Below, in pieces: positions 12,943-26,290 of a DNA stretch of 64,000 bases. A program made the translations under genes and the position numbers. Origin of the DNA: Macrostomum lignano (Eukaryota); contig NIVC01000247.1 of the NCBI GenBank assembly GCA_002269645.1, forward strand, positions 558,001 to 622,000. The letters run 5' to 3'. Every line of letters begins with the position of its first letter. Position 1 is the first letter of the stretch. The notes under the pieces are model-generated. The model was not told the origin of the DNA and did no database searches. It was given only the letters and a program-made list of their open reading frames with translations.

Positions 12943-14080
12943 CGCCACCCTCAAATGAAATGGCAGCACCCTCAAATGAAATGGCGCCACCCTAAAATGA
13001 AATGACGCCACCCTCAAATGAAATGACGCCACCCTCAAATGAAATGGCGCCAACCTCAAATGAAATGGCGCCACCCAGCTTTGAATGAAATGACGCCACC
13101 CTCAAATGAAATGGCGCCACCCAGCTTTGAATGAAATGGCGCCACCCAGCTTTGAATGAAATGGCGCCACCCTCAAATGAAATGGCGCCACCCAGCTTTG
13201 AATGAAATGACGCCACCCTCAAATGAAATGGCGCCACCCAGCTTTGAATGAAATGGCGCCACCCAGCTTTGAATGAAATGGCGCCACCCTCAAATGAAAT
13301 GGCGCCACCCAGCTTTGAATGAAATGACGCCACCCTCAAATGAAATGGCGCCACCCAGCTTTGAATGAAATGGCGCCACCCAGCTTTGAATGAAATGGCG
13401 CCACCCTCAAATGAAATGGCGCCACCCAGCTTTGAATGAAATGACGCCACCCTCAAATGAAATGGCGCCACCCAGCTTTGAATGAAATGGCGCCACCCAG
13501 CTTTGAATGAAATGGCGCCACCCAGCTTTGAATGAAATGGCGCCACCCAGCTTTGAATGAAATGGCGCCACCCTCAAATGAAATGGCGCCACCCAGCTTT
13601 GAATGAAATGACGCCACCCTCAAATGAAATGGCGCCACCCAGCTTTGAATGAAATGGCGCCACCCAGCTTTGAATGAAATGGCGCCACCCAGCTTTGAAT
13701 GAAATGGCGCCACCCAGCTTTGAATGAAATGGCGCCACCCTCAAATGAAATGGCGCCACCCAGCTTTGAATGAAATGACGCCACCCTCAAATGAAATGGC
13801 GCCACCCAGCTTTGAATGAAATGGCGCCACCCAGCTTTGAATGAAATGGCGCCACCCTCAAATGAAATGGCGCCACCCAGCTTTGAATGAAATGACGCCA
13901 CCCTCAAATGAAATGGCGCCACCCAGCTTTGAATGAAATGGCGCCACCCAGCTTTGAATGAAATGGCGCCACCCAGCTTTGAATGAAATGACGCCACCCT
14001 CAAATGAAATGGCGCCACCCAGCTTTGAATGAAATGGCGCCACCCAGCTTTGAATGAAATGGCGCCACCCTCAAATGAAA
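12943..14080. repeat. Compound minisatellite of interleaved 25-bp and 21-bp units
   Basis: Units GAAATGGCGCCACCCAGCTTTGAAT and GAAATG(G/A)CGCCACCCTCAAAT read directly. Confidence 0.95.
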
Positions 14081-14554
14081 AGCACCAAGGACCACGTAAA
14101 GAACAATACGCTAGTTGCTACCATGGTGCTTACCCTGGACTCAATCAAGAGTGATGGAGATTTCACAGCTGAAACCTCCGAAGATTGCCAAGTCTGAGGA
14201 CTGCTAAATATATGTTCATTAGAATTATGAAACCCAGTTTAAATGATTTTTTCAATTTATTTTCCATTCGTTTACGCCCCCGAAACTCAAATTAAATTTC
14301 CAATTCCGTCTGACTCAAGGCTATATAATAAAACGTGAACCCGCATCGCGTTGCATTCTTCACCTGTTAACTGGCTGCAGTCGCCACCTCATCCGTGGCC
14401 TCCCTCCCTGCTTGCCAGCTTTCGTCTCTTGCGCGAGTTTTATTGGCTGACTGAAATGCCAATATAAAATCGGACTTTTCACAGGTTGTTTTATAAATTT
14501 CTGTGACACTGGGTGTTTACAGGTGTGCAAGTTTTTATTATAGATTCTAAAATA

Positions 14555-16682
14555 ATGAATGAAACCACTTCTCTGGGTAAGTAGTTCATACATTTTATTT
14601 GTTATAAAACTGAAATAATCTTTGTTCATAAAGCTACAACAATACTTTTGGGATAAAGACGCGTTTACGTACAAGGAGTAACGCAGACTCAAAGTTTTTT
14701 GCGACACTTGATCACCTGTTCTCTTGAATTAGCAGATGCAGCCATGGTATTTTGGCATTGCATCGCAGCACTTTATTATCTTTATTTTTGAGCAATTATG
14801 ACTCAATTCTAATTACATCTCTTGCAACTGTTATTGGAAAGAATAACCGGACGTCTTACTGACTTCCCACAGAGCCGCCTTCAAGTCAGTCGTCGCTCCT
14901 TGAGGCCGCCAAAATTGCCAATCTGATATCAAATAACCTAAGGATTTACATTGCTCCATCACAGTTTGTTGTGACCACAATTGGTGCAATTTTCGTCATC
15001 TACTGCGTGTCTAAGATTCGGTCTCAACTGAAGGGCAGCCACTTCATCTTGTGCGCCATCACGGCCTCAGACTTCTCTACCATGCTCTTCTCGTGAGTCC
15101 GGTTGGAACTCTTTGTTGCAATTTCAGAATGAAAGCACTGCTAAGGTAAGGACGCTACAATCGTGGCATATTGGGTGTTTTTCGAGGTAATTGTCAACTT
15201 ACGAGGATGTCTGGAAAGTTTAGACACTTTTAATTTCAGGATACTTTTAATAATTGGATTTAGACATCCAATCTTTGCCATCCGCTCTTCCCTATCCCTC
15301 CTGAGCGAAAGTTGCGTCACTCAAAAGTCAATACTGAGCTAGAATTTACTGCGCACTCTCAAAGGTGACGACTTTTTAATTTGTTGAGTGTAGCTTTGGT
15401 GATATTTCAAAGAGGCTTATTTCTTATTTATAGTGCTGTTCTGATGCAATTGACAGCCGGAGAGTGTGTTGAGAAGGCTGCCTGCATGCCTTGAAAGCAG
15501 ATGATAACGATTTAATACTCGTACAAACATCGGTGTCTTGAAAGTGGCTTCTTGTCAGAATTTCAGTGACATTCCGATGCTTTTTCAGGCTTTTAAATGA
15601 AACTACCAAAATATACGCGATTAAATTTGTTAAAAAAAAGAAATGTGTAGCTTCAAAATGACCCTAACGTTACGTTTACAGCTTCCTCCATTTCAGTTTT
15701 GGGATTAAAAGTGCCGGAACTATCCGGATAGCCGTTGTAAAAAGCTGAAAACTTCCTAGCTTAAATAGTTTGCCTATGCAGAGTGTTGCTTCAGTTGCCT
15801 ATGAATCAGTGAGAGTATTTTGCATTTTACTTACTGTATTGGTAGATATTGATCGCTGTAGCAATCTATCAAATCCACAGACTGCTAATTGAGGATTTCC
15901 TTGCTGGCGGACTTAAGAGCGTTCTGCCTTGGCTGAACATGCCGCACCATAACTACAATTGGGCCTGCAAGACCTGGTCATTCTTCTGGATCCTGAGCAA
16001 CAGCTTGTCCTCGAACCTGCTTTGCCTGATGGCCGCTGACCGAGTGTACGCTCTTGTCTGGCCTCTGCAACATCGAGCGAACATGACCAAGGCCCGCTAC
16101 TGCATCGCTCTCGGGGCGTTCATCTCCGTCTTCGCCATCGTGTCGGTTCACGGCATTCTGCTGTACGAATCCTACGAATATTACGGAGCTCGGTACTGCT
16201 ACGTGATCCTGACTGTCGACCCAGCTGTCGGTCTAGCTGTCCAGCTGTACACCAACCTGGTGATGAATGGTTTCGTACCTGGCATTTTCCTCGCTGTCAT
16301 CAACGTGTTTCTCTGCTATCGCATCTGGCGAATAAAAAACAGCCCGGTTCGCTACGGAGTCACCGACCAGCCGAGCAAAGGTCAGGTTCGAACCAGCGTC
16401 ACCCTGATCATCATGGCTGCCGTTTACCTGATCGCCTCCGTACCCAGGGCCATCATCTACTTTATCATGTTCCTACTAAACTATAATTTGATTGATTCCG
16501 ACAACTCTGCCGACATTCTGTCGCTGATATTTCCGTTGGCAAAGTGCCTGAACTATCTGTTCTACGTCAACTGCGCTCTGAGCTGGGCCGTGTACTGCGT
16601 TCGGGTTCCGTTGTTCAAGAAGCAGCTGCCCAGATGCGGAGGCGACGGCAATGTCAGCAGCACGGGTGGCAACAGCGGTTGA
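14555..16682 (+). CDS. Class A (rhodopsin-like) GPCR, peptide-receptor-like, copy 1; exons 14555-14576, 14873-15092, 15881-16682; 347 aa
   Basis: GT-AG introns with matching phases (1, then 2); 1044 coding nt; N-terminal MNETT glycosylation site; seven hydrophobic segments; TM2 LCAITASD, ECL1/TM3 WACK, TM3 MAADRVYALVWPL (DRY-like). Confidence 0.88.
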
Positions 16683-17398
16683 TGGTGCGAGTCCCCATCT
16701 CAAATGGAACTCGTTGACTGTTACAATTCGACTTTAGGTTCGCGTTTTAACAAATGAAAACGACGGCTGGGATCAATGAGCTGTCAGATATCGTAATAAA
16801 CGGACAAATATTGTCAGGCATTCCAAAACTCGTTTGTGTCATCGTGTTCATATTTCTGTATTTAATCAGCATGAAAACATTTTCTGAGCATTCTTATGTT
16901 GAGATTAGCAAAGATAAACCTGCTAAATCAAGGAACTTGAGACGGTGATAGCTGGTAGAACGGTGTAAGTGCATTTGGAGAACCCGTTTAAGACAGCGGC
17001 ACTGGAGATTTTTGCGATACCATTGTTCGTTAGAGGTTGGCCCTCGTGGGTTTTTTCTATTGATATTTTCGAGGAAATCTTACATTTGCAATGTTTTCAG
17101 ATAGGTGGGAATTATAGTTGTACAGTTTATACTCGTATAAAGGTTACGAGGTGCTTATAAAAGCCTGACAGGAACGCTACAGGAAGTGTTCAGGATCTGC
17201 AACTCAAGCTGTGTGTTTGGCATGGTTTCCGTGACATGTTGCTGTCGATATTTCATACGGCTTAAAAGCGGCTTCCACATCACTTCAGCTTTGACTGCAA
17301 AAATAGCCTTGAGACTCGATACGAGCTGATTCAGTATTGAGTTTACGTCGTAGCCATTGACTCAAGGGCGTTGGAGGGGGCCGCAACCCCAAGAGGTC

Positions 17399-18109
17399 CT
17401 GTCTCTTGATGGGGCACCTCCGGCTCTTTGTGCGCGCCTCTGTCTCTTTTTGTGGGCCTCTGTCTCTTTATGGACGCCTCTGTCTCTTTGTGCGCGCCTC
17501 TGTCTCTTTGTGCGCGCCTCTGTCTCTTTATGGACGCCTCTGTCTCTTTGTGCGCGCCTCTGTCTCTTTGTGCGCGCCTCTGTCTCTTTGTGCGCGCCTC
17601 TGTCTCTTTGTGCGCGCCTCTGTCTCTTTGTGCGCGCCTCTGTCTCTTTATGGACGCCTCTGTCTCTTTGTGCGCGCCTCTGTCTCTTTGTGCGCGCCTC
17701 TGTCTCTTTGTGCGCGCCTCTGTCTCTTTATGGACGCCTCTGTCTCTTTGTGCGCGCCTCTGTCTCTTTGTGCGCGCCTCTGTCTCTTTGTGCGCGCCTC
17801 TGTCTCTTGATGGACGCTCCTGTCTCTTAATGGACGCCTCTGTCTCTTGGTGGGCGCCTCTGTCTCTTGGTGAGCGCCCCTGTCTTTTGGTGGGCGCCTC
17901 TGTTTCTTGGTGGGGTACCTCCGGCTCTTTGTGGGCGCCCCTGTCTCTTGGTGGGCGCCCCCTGTCTCTTGGTGGGCGCCCCTGTCTCTTGGTGGGCGCC
18001 CCTGTCTCTTGGTGGTCGCCTCTGTCTCTTGGTGGGCGCCCCTGTCTCTTGGTGGGCGCCCCTGTCTTTTGGTGGGCGCCCCTGTCTCTTGAAGGGAGCC
18101 CCTGTCTTA
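17399..18109. repeat. 20-bp minisatellite (GCGCGCCTCTGTCTCTTTGT grading into GGGCGCCCCTGTCTCTTGGT)
   Basis: Tandem units read directly; the consensus shifts gradually along the array. Confidence 0.95.
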
Positions 18110-19014
18110 ACTTCGATAGCTGCTAGTGAATGTCAAGCTGTTATGAAATCTTTCAGCGATGCGCATCTACGGGGCCCGTAGCCTAGTGGCTGGGCGCTGG
18201 GCGCCGAGCCTGGGAGCTCTCATATGCCAGCTGCCCAGGCTCGATTCCAAGTGCAGTCACATTGTTTTAAGACTAAATTGGAATCTCGGCTTGGGTCTGC
18301 TCGGGGGGGGGCAATTAACGGTCTTGAAGGCCAACCCCAAAGGCACAGTGAAGTGTACATGCCTAACGATAAATAATGTTAGATCCGCTGTGCACTCCTG
18401 TGTGAGTGTGTGCCTGCGTACGTATCCGCGCGCTTGTGTGCCTGCTCAGGGGAGTCGGTGGAATGGGCAGTAATTCCACTCGCCGGATGTGTGACAATGT
18501 CGCTTGAAGTCGCTTACATAGCCTCCTTGCGTCTCATAAAAAATACGGTATGAAACAATATGAGCTCAACCTCCTGGTTCGGCCTATGCTACTGTCGACA
18601 ATAGGTTTCGCATTTTTTCAATTAAGAACAATACATGTAGCTCAAAGCATGTTTGCAATCAATATGACTCTTTTAAATGTATGATATGAGCATTTTTTTT
18701 CTTGCAATCCACTGCAAACCTGATGAGAATATGAGCTCTCATCCTCGCTGCATATGCCAGGCTTCATCAAGCAACTAGTCACGAGGTTGGCTAAAGTCCA
18801 ATGAATTTACTGAAACCCCTTATCTGCAGTCTAAATTTGATATGGCTCTTTGCTGTAGACTTGGGCTCTTAGATATTTGACGTGCCTTCTTTCGAGTGAA
18901 CTGAATTATGGCATTCGTCTGAGCAGGTTCTAAGCAAGCAGAAACAGCCTTTTCGACGTCATGATGGACGTGTCAAACCTGGCTGGTCTTAGCTTCTAGA
19001 CAACTCTCGTACTA

Positions 19015-20240
19015 CCTTGCAGTAGCTTTGGCGCCCCCATTGCAGGCAGTAGCTTTGGCGCCCTCATTGCAGTAGCTTTGGCGCCATCTTGCAGTAGCTT
19101 TGGAGCCCCCATTGCAGTAGCTTTGGCGCCCCCCCATTGCAGTAGCTTTGGCGCCCCCCATTGCAGTAGCTTTGGTGCCACCTTGCAGTAGCTTTGGCGC
19201 CCCCATTGCAGTAGCTTTGGAGCCCCCATTGCAGTAGCTGTGGCGCCCCCCATTGCAGTAGCTTTGGCGCCCCCATTGCAGTAGCTTTGGCGCCCCCATT
19301 GCAGTAGCTTTGGCGCCCCCATTGCAGTAGCTTTGGCGCCCCCATTGCAGTAGCTTTGGCGCCCCCATTGCAGTAGCTTTGGTGCCACCTTGCAGTAGCT
19401 TTGGCGCCCCCCTTGCAGTAGCTTTGGCGCCCCCATTGCAGTAGCTTTGGCGCCCCCATTGCAGTAGCTTTGGCGCCCCCATTGCAGTAGCTTTGGCGCC
19501 CCCCATTGCAGTAGCTTTGGCGCCATCTTGCAGTAGCTTTGGAGCCCCCATTGCAGTAGCTTTGGCGCCCCCCCATTGCAGTAGCTTTGGCGCCCCCCCC
19601 CCCATTGCAGTAGCTTTGGCGCCCCCATTGCAGTAGCTTTGGCGCCCCCATTGCAGTAGCTTTGGCGCCCCCATTGCAGTAGCTTTGGCGCCCCCATTGC
19701 AGTAGCTTTGGCGCCCCCATTGCAGTAGCTTTGGCGCCCCCCCCCCATTGCAGTAGCTTTGGCGTCCCCATTGCAGTAGCTTTGGTGCCACCTTGCAGTA
19801 GCTTTGGCGCCCCCATTGCAGTAGCTTTGGCGCCCCCATTGCAGGCAGTAGCTTTGGCGCCCCCATTGCAGTAGCTTTGGCGCCCCCCCCATTGCAGTAG
19901 CTTTGGCGCCCCCATTGCAGTAGCATTGGCGCCATCTTGCAGTAGCTTTGGAGCCCACATTGCTGTAGCTTTGGCGCCCCCATTGCAGTAGCTTTGGCGC
20001 CCCCATTGCAGTAGCTTTGGCGCCACCTTGCAGTAGCTTTGGCGCCCCCATTGCAGTAGCTTTGGTGCCACCTTGCAGTAGCTTTGGCGCCCCCCCCGCC
20101 ATTACAGTGATTTGGCTCCCCCCATTTCAGTAGCTTTGGCGCCCTCCCCATTGCAGTAGCTTTGGCGCCCCCCATTGCAGTAGCTTTGGCACCCCCTGCA
20201 GTAGCTTTGGCGCCCCTTGCAGTAGCTTTGGCGCAAGCTA
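19015..20240. repeat. About 23-bp minisatellite TTGCAGTAGCTTTGGCGCCCCCA with variable C-run
   Basis: About 50 tandem units read directly. Confidence 0.95.
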
Positions 20241-22213
20241 TTCCCCCTTTTAGATAAAATGGCGCCACCCTTAAAAGAAGTGGCGCCACCCTCAAATGAA
20301 ATGGCGCCTAAAACACATGCAGCAGCCCCTTTTGAATTGTAAAATCAGAAAGTCAAAAATCTTTTACTGTTTTATTGACACTTTTTGAGTTCTGGAGCTC
20401 AAAACAATTTCCAGTTTTACTTCTAGCTAATGTTTTTGTTAGCTTCCTGTTTATTGTCTGGTTTCGGTTTGTTTAAATTGATAATACATAGTTTGTAAAG
20501 TTAAAGTACCTATTAAGTTTTGTATTGGCTCAAGTGGTTCAACGCGATGTGCAAGTGAGCGAGAATACCTGCCCGCTTGTCAGCTACCCAGGCCGAACAG
20601 AAATCCTCGGCTGACTTTGACAAAAAAAAGTTAAAGCTCAATGTCACACAATGGTGATAAAGAAAAAGGAAGCAGAACGAACCCCGTGGGATAAACGAAA
20701 GTTATTTAGTGCACTTAATAACTATGACAGGTTCGGAAATTAAAAAAAGAAGACTAACAAAGTAGAAAAAGTGAGAAGCCTCGTGTGTGGTTGCATAAAA
20801 ACCACTCAAAAGCTTGGGTGGGGCGGCTCAAGCGCCCATCCCAGCAAGACAGAGTGAGAGAGACAAAACATAGCAAACGACACCCAGAAAGGAAGACAAA
20901 AAAGGCCCAAAAAACAACATAGACAGAGTGGATGCGAGAAGAAAGCAGTCGGTTTAGCAAAAAGTTAAACAATTGGGCGTTGGCCGCAAAGGCTCCCACA
21001 ACACGCCGAGAGCTGCTCATTAGAGGCAGACAGCGCAGGACGGCGTTGCTGCGCCAGCCGCCAAGCTGTTTCACGTCATCGACCGTCGACCATCGACCGT
21101 CGACCACGATCCCGGCTGGAGCGGAAGCTGAACAGTGCCATTGGGTGTCTTGGTCGGGCAGATGACATTGCTCTACAGAGCGGATGTTCTATGGCCAGTA
21201 TTGGCCGCTGAACATACTCGTACTCATGGTCCCGTTGCCTCAGATGATCGGTTTTTGACACCCGGATCCCGTTGATGCGCCACTTTAGGTCACTTGCGTT
21301 GAGAACCGGTTGGCGCATCTGAGCAGGCCAGTCCAGCAGTAGGAATGCGCTGAACTGGTAAATGCGCAATAGCTAGGACCTCTTGGACAGCAGCTCCTCT
21401 CCTCAGTAGTAGACCCTGTTGCAACTGGACGCCCAGTCTCTTTCTTCTCTCTCGCTCGTCTCTTCTCTCTCCTATTTTATCTCTTCTCTCTCCTTTCTAC
21501 TCTCTTTCATCTCTCCTCTCTTTCCTCTGGCCCGCAGCCATGAGCTGGGATTCTTCGAGGTTAAAGAAGTTTGCCGACCCCAATTTCAAAGACTCCAGAG
21601 AGTAGCAGGGGTGATACCACCGTTTAGCTGGTTGTGGCTTAATCAAACCTTCGGCCATTCAAAACCGCCTGCTGCAGCTGCTGCAACCGCAAACCTGACG
21701 AACGCTGCAGAATGTTGATTTGTACATTCGCTTGCATCAAGGACCTGCAGTGGCTATAATCTTGCAATTGGCTACCCCTAACTACATCAAAAGAGTGACA
21801 GAGATTTCACAACAAAGCCAAGTCTGAGGACTGAAAAACCTATGAGCAGTTTAGATGAGCCAAATTACTCCTGCTAATACGAGTATTTTGTTTTTTGTTA
21901 ATTAGAATTATGAAACCCTGTTTAACTGGGTTTTTCAATTAGTTTTTTATCTGTTTACGCCCCCTAAACTCAAATTAAATCTAAAACTTTGTCTCACTCA
22001 AGGCTAACAAAATATGAACCCGAATTGAGTTGCATTCTTCACCTCCGTTCACCTCAGTTTCCGTTTCTTGCGCGAGTTTCATTGGCCAACCGAAACGTCT
22101 TCACGTCTATAAAATCGGCCAGCTCAGAATGACTGGGACAAACTTTTCACAGGTTGTTTTATATTCCCGGCAAACTCGGTGTGCTGATATTTTTCATTAT
22201 GGAATCTAAAACA

Positions 22214-24942
22214 ATGAACGAAACAACATCTCTGGGTAAGTTGTTCATGCATTTTATTGTAACAAAAACTAAAGTATTCTTGATTACGAGTAACAGTATG
22301 ATACCAACCCATTTTCCGCCTGTCGAACTACCAAAGGAGGGGTTAACATTTGCAGGTTAACATTAACGGGAAAATGTAGGCACACGAAATTCAAGACCAT
22401 GGGCTAACTTTTTGTTGCGCACCATCTCTAACAAGAATCAAGTCGACAGCTCTCCGGACCATCGAGATATTCGACGATTCTGCCAGAAGGTCGGATTTTT
22501 TCCATAAGCGCCAGTGTTTCCATAGGCAACCTTCAACGGGTTGCATCAGTGACTATGACTATAGACACTCATATTGCTAGTATTTAAATATTAAAAATAC
22601 ATTTAAAGGCATTGCCTCTCTCTGGCTATCAATTACAATTTAAATGTAAGTAGTAATTCCTGTGGAGTGATGGGGGTTGTAGCCTAGGGACTCACGACCA
22701 AAATGTCGGGGGTTCGATTTTCGATCCACTCGGGAAAATATGTGCCCTTGAGCAAGGCACTTAACTCTGTATTTCCTCAGTTCACCCAGCTGTAAAATGG
22801 GTGCAGCATTACCTGGAGTAATTGAAGGTGTGTGGCGACCCCCCCCCCCAAGTTCTTGGACTGAACAGCCGTACGCAGGCTTCAGGTGTGCCGCGCAATA
22901 GCTGCGGCTGAGCTGTCGGTTGCACATCTGCCCATGATAGCAGGTGAATTCAATTAAAAACTATTATTATTGAGTGTACGGTACAGTAAATTGTACCTTA
23001 TTATACCGGTACCTTTTAGAGTGTACCTTACAATGAATTCAATGATTTTTTGTGCTTTTTCAAAAGACAAAAGTGAATATTCAACCATCACTCGGACTCA
23101 TGAAGGCCAAATCCAATTAAGGATTCAGAGAGTTTGCGTGCTTGACGAGGAGATACTTGTAATCAGGGCCGCTGTAGACCGTGTTTGCGAACGCGTGCCT
23201 GTGAACATATTCGTGTTCTCAGGAGTTCGGCAAACGTGCGTCTAGCAAACGCAACTACAAAAAGTATACTTTCAAACTATAGCACAACAGGGTTCGGTTC
23301 AAATTTGTATTGCAATTTTTCCAACTGGGCACTTCAACTATTCAACGATTTCAAGCACTTTACCGTAAATAAAGAGAGCAATCAGAAGAGACAGACAGCA
23401 GACACTTGTAGTGTAAAAAATAGTTTTAAAGCACAACCCGTCTTGACGACGAGAAGCGTAGCGATTTGTTTGGATTTCAGTTTAACAAAAAACACTCTGT
23501 TTGAGCAGGGAGGCAGCATTCAATCGTTTCTTTTTACTGTGTTTTGCGAGTAAACGTTCTTTCCATCCGCTTAAAAATCAAATAGAGTTTTTTTGAGAAT
23601 CTATAACTCAGTTATCATTGCATCGCTTTTAACTGTTATTGGAAAGAATAACCGGATGTCTTACTGACTTCCCACAGAGACGCTTTCAAGTCAGTCGTCG
23701 CTCCTTCAGGCTGCCAAAGTCGCCATTCTGATATCAAAGAACCTGAGGATTTACATTGCACCACCGCTGTTTGTTGTGGCCACCATTGGTGCAATTTTCG
23801 TCATCTACTGCGTGTCTAAGATTCGGTCTCAACTGAAGGGCAGCCACTTCATCTTGTGCGCCATCACGGCCTCAGACTTCTCTACCATGCTCTTCTCGTG
23901 AGTGCGATTGGAACTATTTGTTGCTATTTCCGGAATGAAGTTTAAATCAATGCATGCCTGAAGATCGATGGTTTTTCCTGGAGAGAGGTCTCGCAATGCA
24001 GTTTATAGTTGTAGTTACACTTTTGACAATGCTTTCACAGGGAAAAGTTTGCAAGCATCGTCCCGCTTCAGTTTTCTGTTGCAGACTTTACTTATAAATT
24101 AACCTATATTGACTCCTGGAGCATTCTATCGAATTTCCAGATTACTAATCGAGGATTACCTGGCTGACGGACTTAAGAGCCTTATACCCAATATAGGCGT
24201 GCCGCACCACAACTACACTTGGGCCTGCAAGACCTGGTCGTTCTTCTGGATCCTGAGCAACAGCTTGTCCTCGAACCTGCTATGCCTGATGGCCGCTGAC
24301 CGAGTGTACGCTCTTGTCTGGCCTCTGCAACATCGGGCGAACATGACCAAGGCCCGCTACTGCATCGCTCTCGGGGCGTTCATCTCCGTCTTCGCCATCG
24401 TGTCGGTTCACGGTATTCTGCTGTACGAATCCTACGAATATTACGGAGCTCGGTACTGCTACGTGATTCTGACTGTCGACCCAGCTGTCGGTCTGGCTGT
24501 CCAGCTGTACACCAACCTGGTGATGAATGGTTTCGTACCTGGCATTTTTCTGGCTGTCATCAACGTGTTTCTCTGCTATCGCATCTGGCGAATCCGAACC
24601 AGCCCAGTTCGCTACGGAGTCACCGACCAGCCGAGCAAAGGTCAGGTTCGAACCAGCGTCACCCTGATCATCATGGCTGCTGTTTACCTGATCGCCTCCG
24701 TGCCCAAGGCTGTAATTTACTTTATTGTTTTCCTACTAAACTATAATTTGATTGATTCCGACAACTCTGCCGACATTCTGTCGCTCATATTTCCGTTGGC
24801 AAAGTGTCTGAACTATCTGTTCTACGTCAACTGCGCTCTGAGCTGGGCCGTGTACTGCGTTCGGGTTCCGTTGTTCAAGAAGCAGCTGCCCAGATGCGGA
24901 GGCGACGGCAATGTCAGCAGCACGGGTGGCAACAGCGGTTGA
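22214..24942 (+). CDS. Class A GPCR, copy 2 (tandem paralog); exons 22214-22235, 23678-23897, 24141-24942; 347 aa
   Basis: Same exon lengths (22/220/802) and phases as copy 1. Paralogous flanks at about 14100-16920 versus about 21770-25210. Confidence 0.88.
22660..22925 (+). mobile_element. tRNA-derived SINE with CORE (MIR-like) central domain, inside intron 1 of GPCR copy 2
   Basis: B-box-like GGTTCGA at 22711. Segment 22741-22801 (GTGCCCTTGAGCAAGGCACTTAAC...CCTCAGTT...CTGTAAAATGGG) resembles the recalled CORE consensus. Absent from copy 1. Boundaries approximate. Confidence 0.7.
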
Positions 24943-25214
24943 TAGTGCGAGTCCTGATCTGAAATGGAACTCGTTAATTGTTACAGTTCGACTTGATTCT
25001 AACCACAGATACTAATAAACTCTGAAATATTTTAGTGTCTGTGATTCTAACAAATGAAAAAGACAGTCGAGATCAATGAGTTGTAAGATATCTTAATAAA
25101 CGGACAATTTTTGTCAGGCATTCCAAAACTCTGTGTCCATATTTCTGTTTGTAGTCACCATGAAAATAACTCCTGAGCATTCGCATGTTGATATTAGCAA
25201 AAGTAAACCCATGT

Positions 25215-26290
25215 TCCGGCCGCACAGCAACCTCAGCCTGCGAGACCTGGAAGCAGCGGGAGGCCTACTGACTCTCTGAGACGGAATCCCGTCCACTCTC
25301 TGCAATCCTCTCAAATTTAAAGCCAGCATTCCGCCAACGTCATAAGGCCAGGATAACTGGAAACCCCATGAAATCCACTGCTTCACTGACGGGTCCCCAT
25401 GAAATCCACTGCTTCACTGACGGGTCCCCATGAAATCCACTGCTTCACTGACGGGTCCCCATGAAATCCACTGCTTCACTGACGGGTCTCCATGAAATCC
25501 ACTGCTTCACTGACGGGTCCCAAATCAACTCCGCCTCTGGCTACGGCTACTGCATCGTGTCTTGAGGGAGATCTGTGGTGAGGGAGAATTTCTACCAGCA
25601 CACCGGCACCTGCTCCACCGTTTTCCAGAACGAAGTTCTCGCCATCAGCTCCTGCGCCATGGAGCTGTACAATCAGCGCGTCTGGGAGAAGGAAATTACC
25701 CTCCACTCGGACAGTCAAGGGGCGATTCACGCCCTTGAGCGCACCACCACCTGCTCGCGTACAGTCCTCGACTGTATCCGGCAGCTCAACGGCTTAGGCG
25801 CCTCTAGCAAGGTGTCCCTAAGGTGGATCCTTGGGCACTCGGGCCACCCCGGCAACGAGCTGGCCGATCGCCTGGCCAAGGCTGGCTCGACCCGTTCTTT
25901 CACTGGTCCCCTGCCCGGGGCCCCCACCCCCATCGCCGTTGTCACCACTCATATCAACCAGTGGGTGGCTTCAAAGCACAGGGAGAGGTGGGCTAACGCC
26001 CCCGACTGCCGGCAATCCCACGCGGCTGTCCCCACGCGGCTGCTTGGGCTCAACCGCAGAGACATCAGGGCGGTGACCATGGCTCTCTCGGGTCATGGCT
26101 GCTTTGCCAGGCATCGCCACTTCCAGGGAAAAATCCGCAGTGAGGAATGCCCATTCTGCCTCTCCCGTGTCGAGAATGCGGAGCGCTTTATCTGTGAATG
26201 CCCCGCCTTTACTCAGGACAGGCTCACCTACCTCGGCCCAAACCCGGACCTCTCCGACGTTTTCAGGCCTGAGAACCTCTGCCAGCTGTA
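25215..26290 (+). mobile_element. 5'-truncated, degenerate LINE fragment related to the 4469-10276 element (RNase H + CCHC region)
   Basis: PHSNLSLRDLEAAGG aligns with PHSDLCLKALEECGG; also [32 protein letters not shown] and [18 protein letters not shown]. 3'UTR remnants at about 26905-26960 and 27341-27368. Confidence 0.85.
25365..25520. repeat. 31-bp tandem repeat (x5) of the RNase H first-motif codons
   Basis: CCCCATGAAATCCACTGCTTCACTGACGGGT repeated five times. Confidence 0.95.

Noticed and set aside
14800-14872. In-frame TGA readthrough extending GPCR exon 2 upstream (seen in both copies)
   Set aside because: CTGAC...CCCACAG is a branch point plus acceptor whose phase matches the upstream MNETTSL exon.
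15849-15880. TTG-initiated single-exon GPCR ORFs from the ORF track (also 24109)
   Set aside because: These N-termini are intronic. Acceptors at 15880 and 24140 link to upstream exons carrying TM1-TM2.
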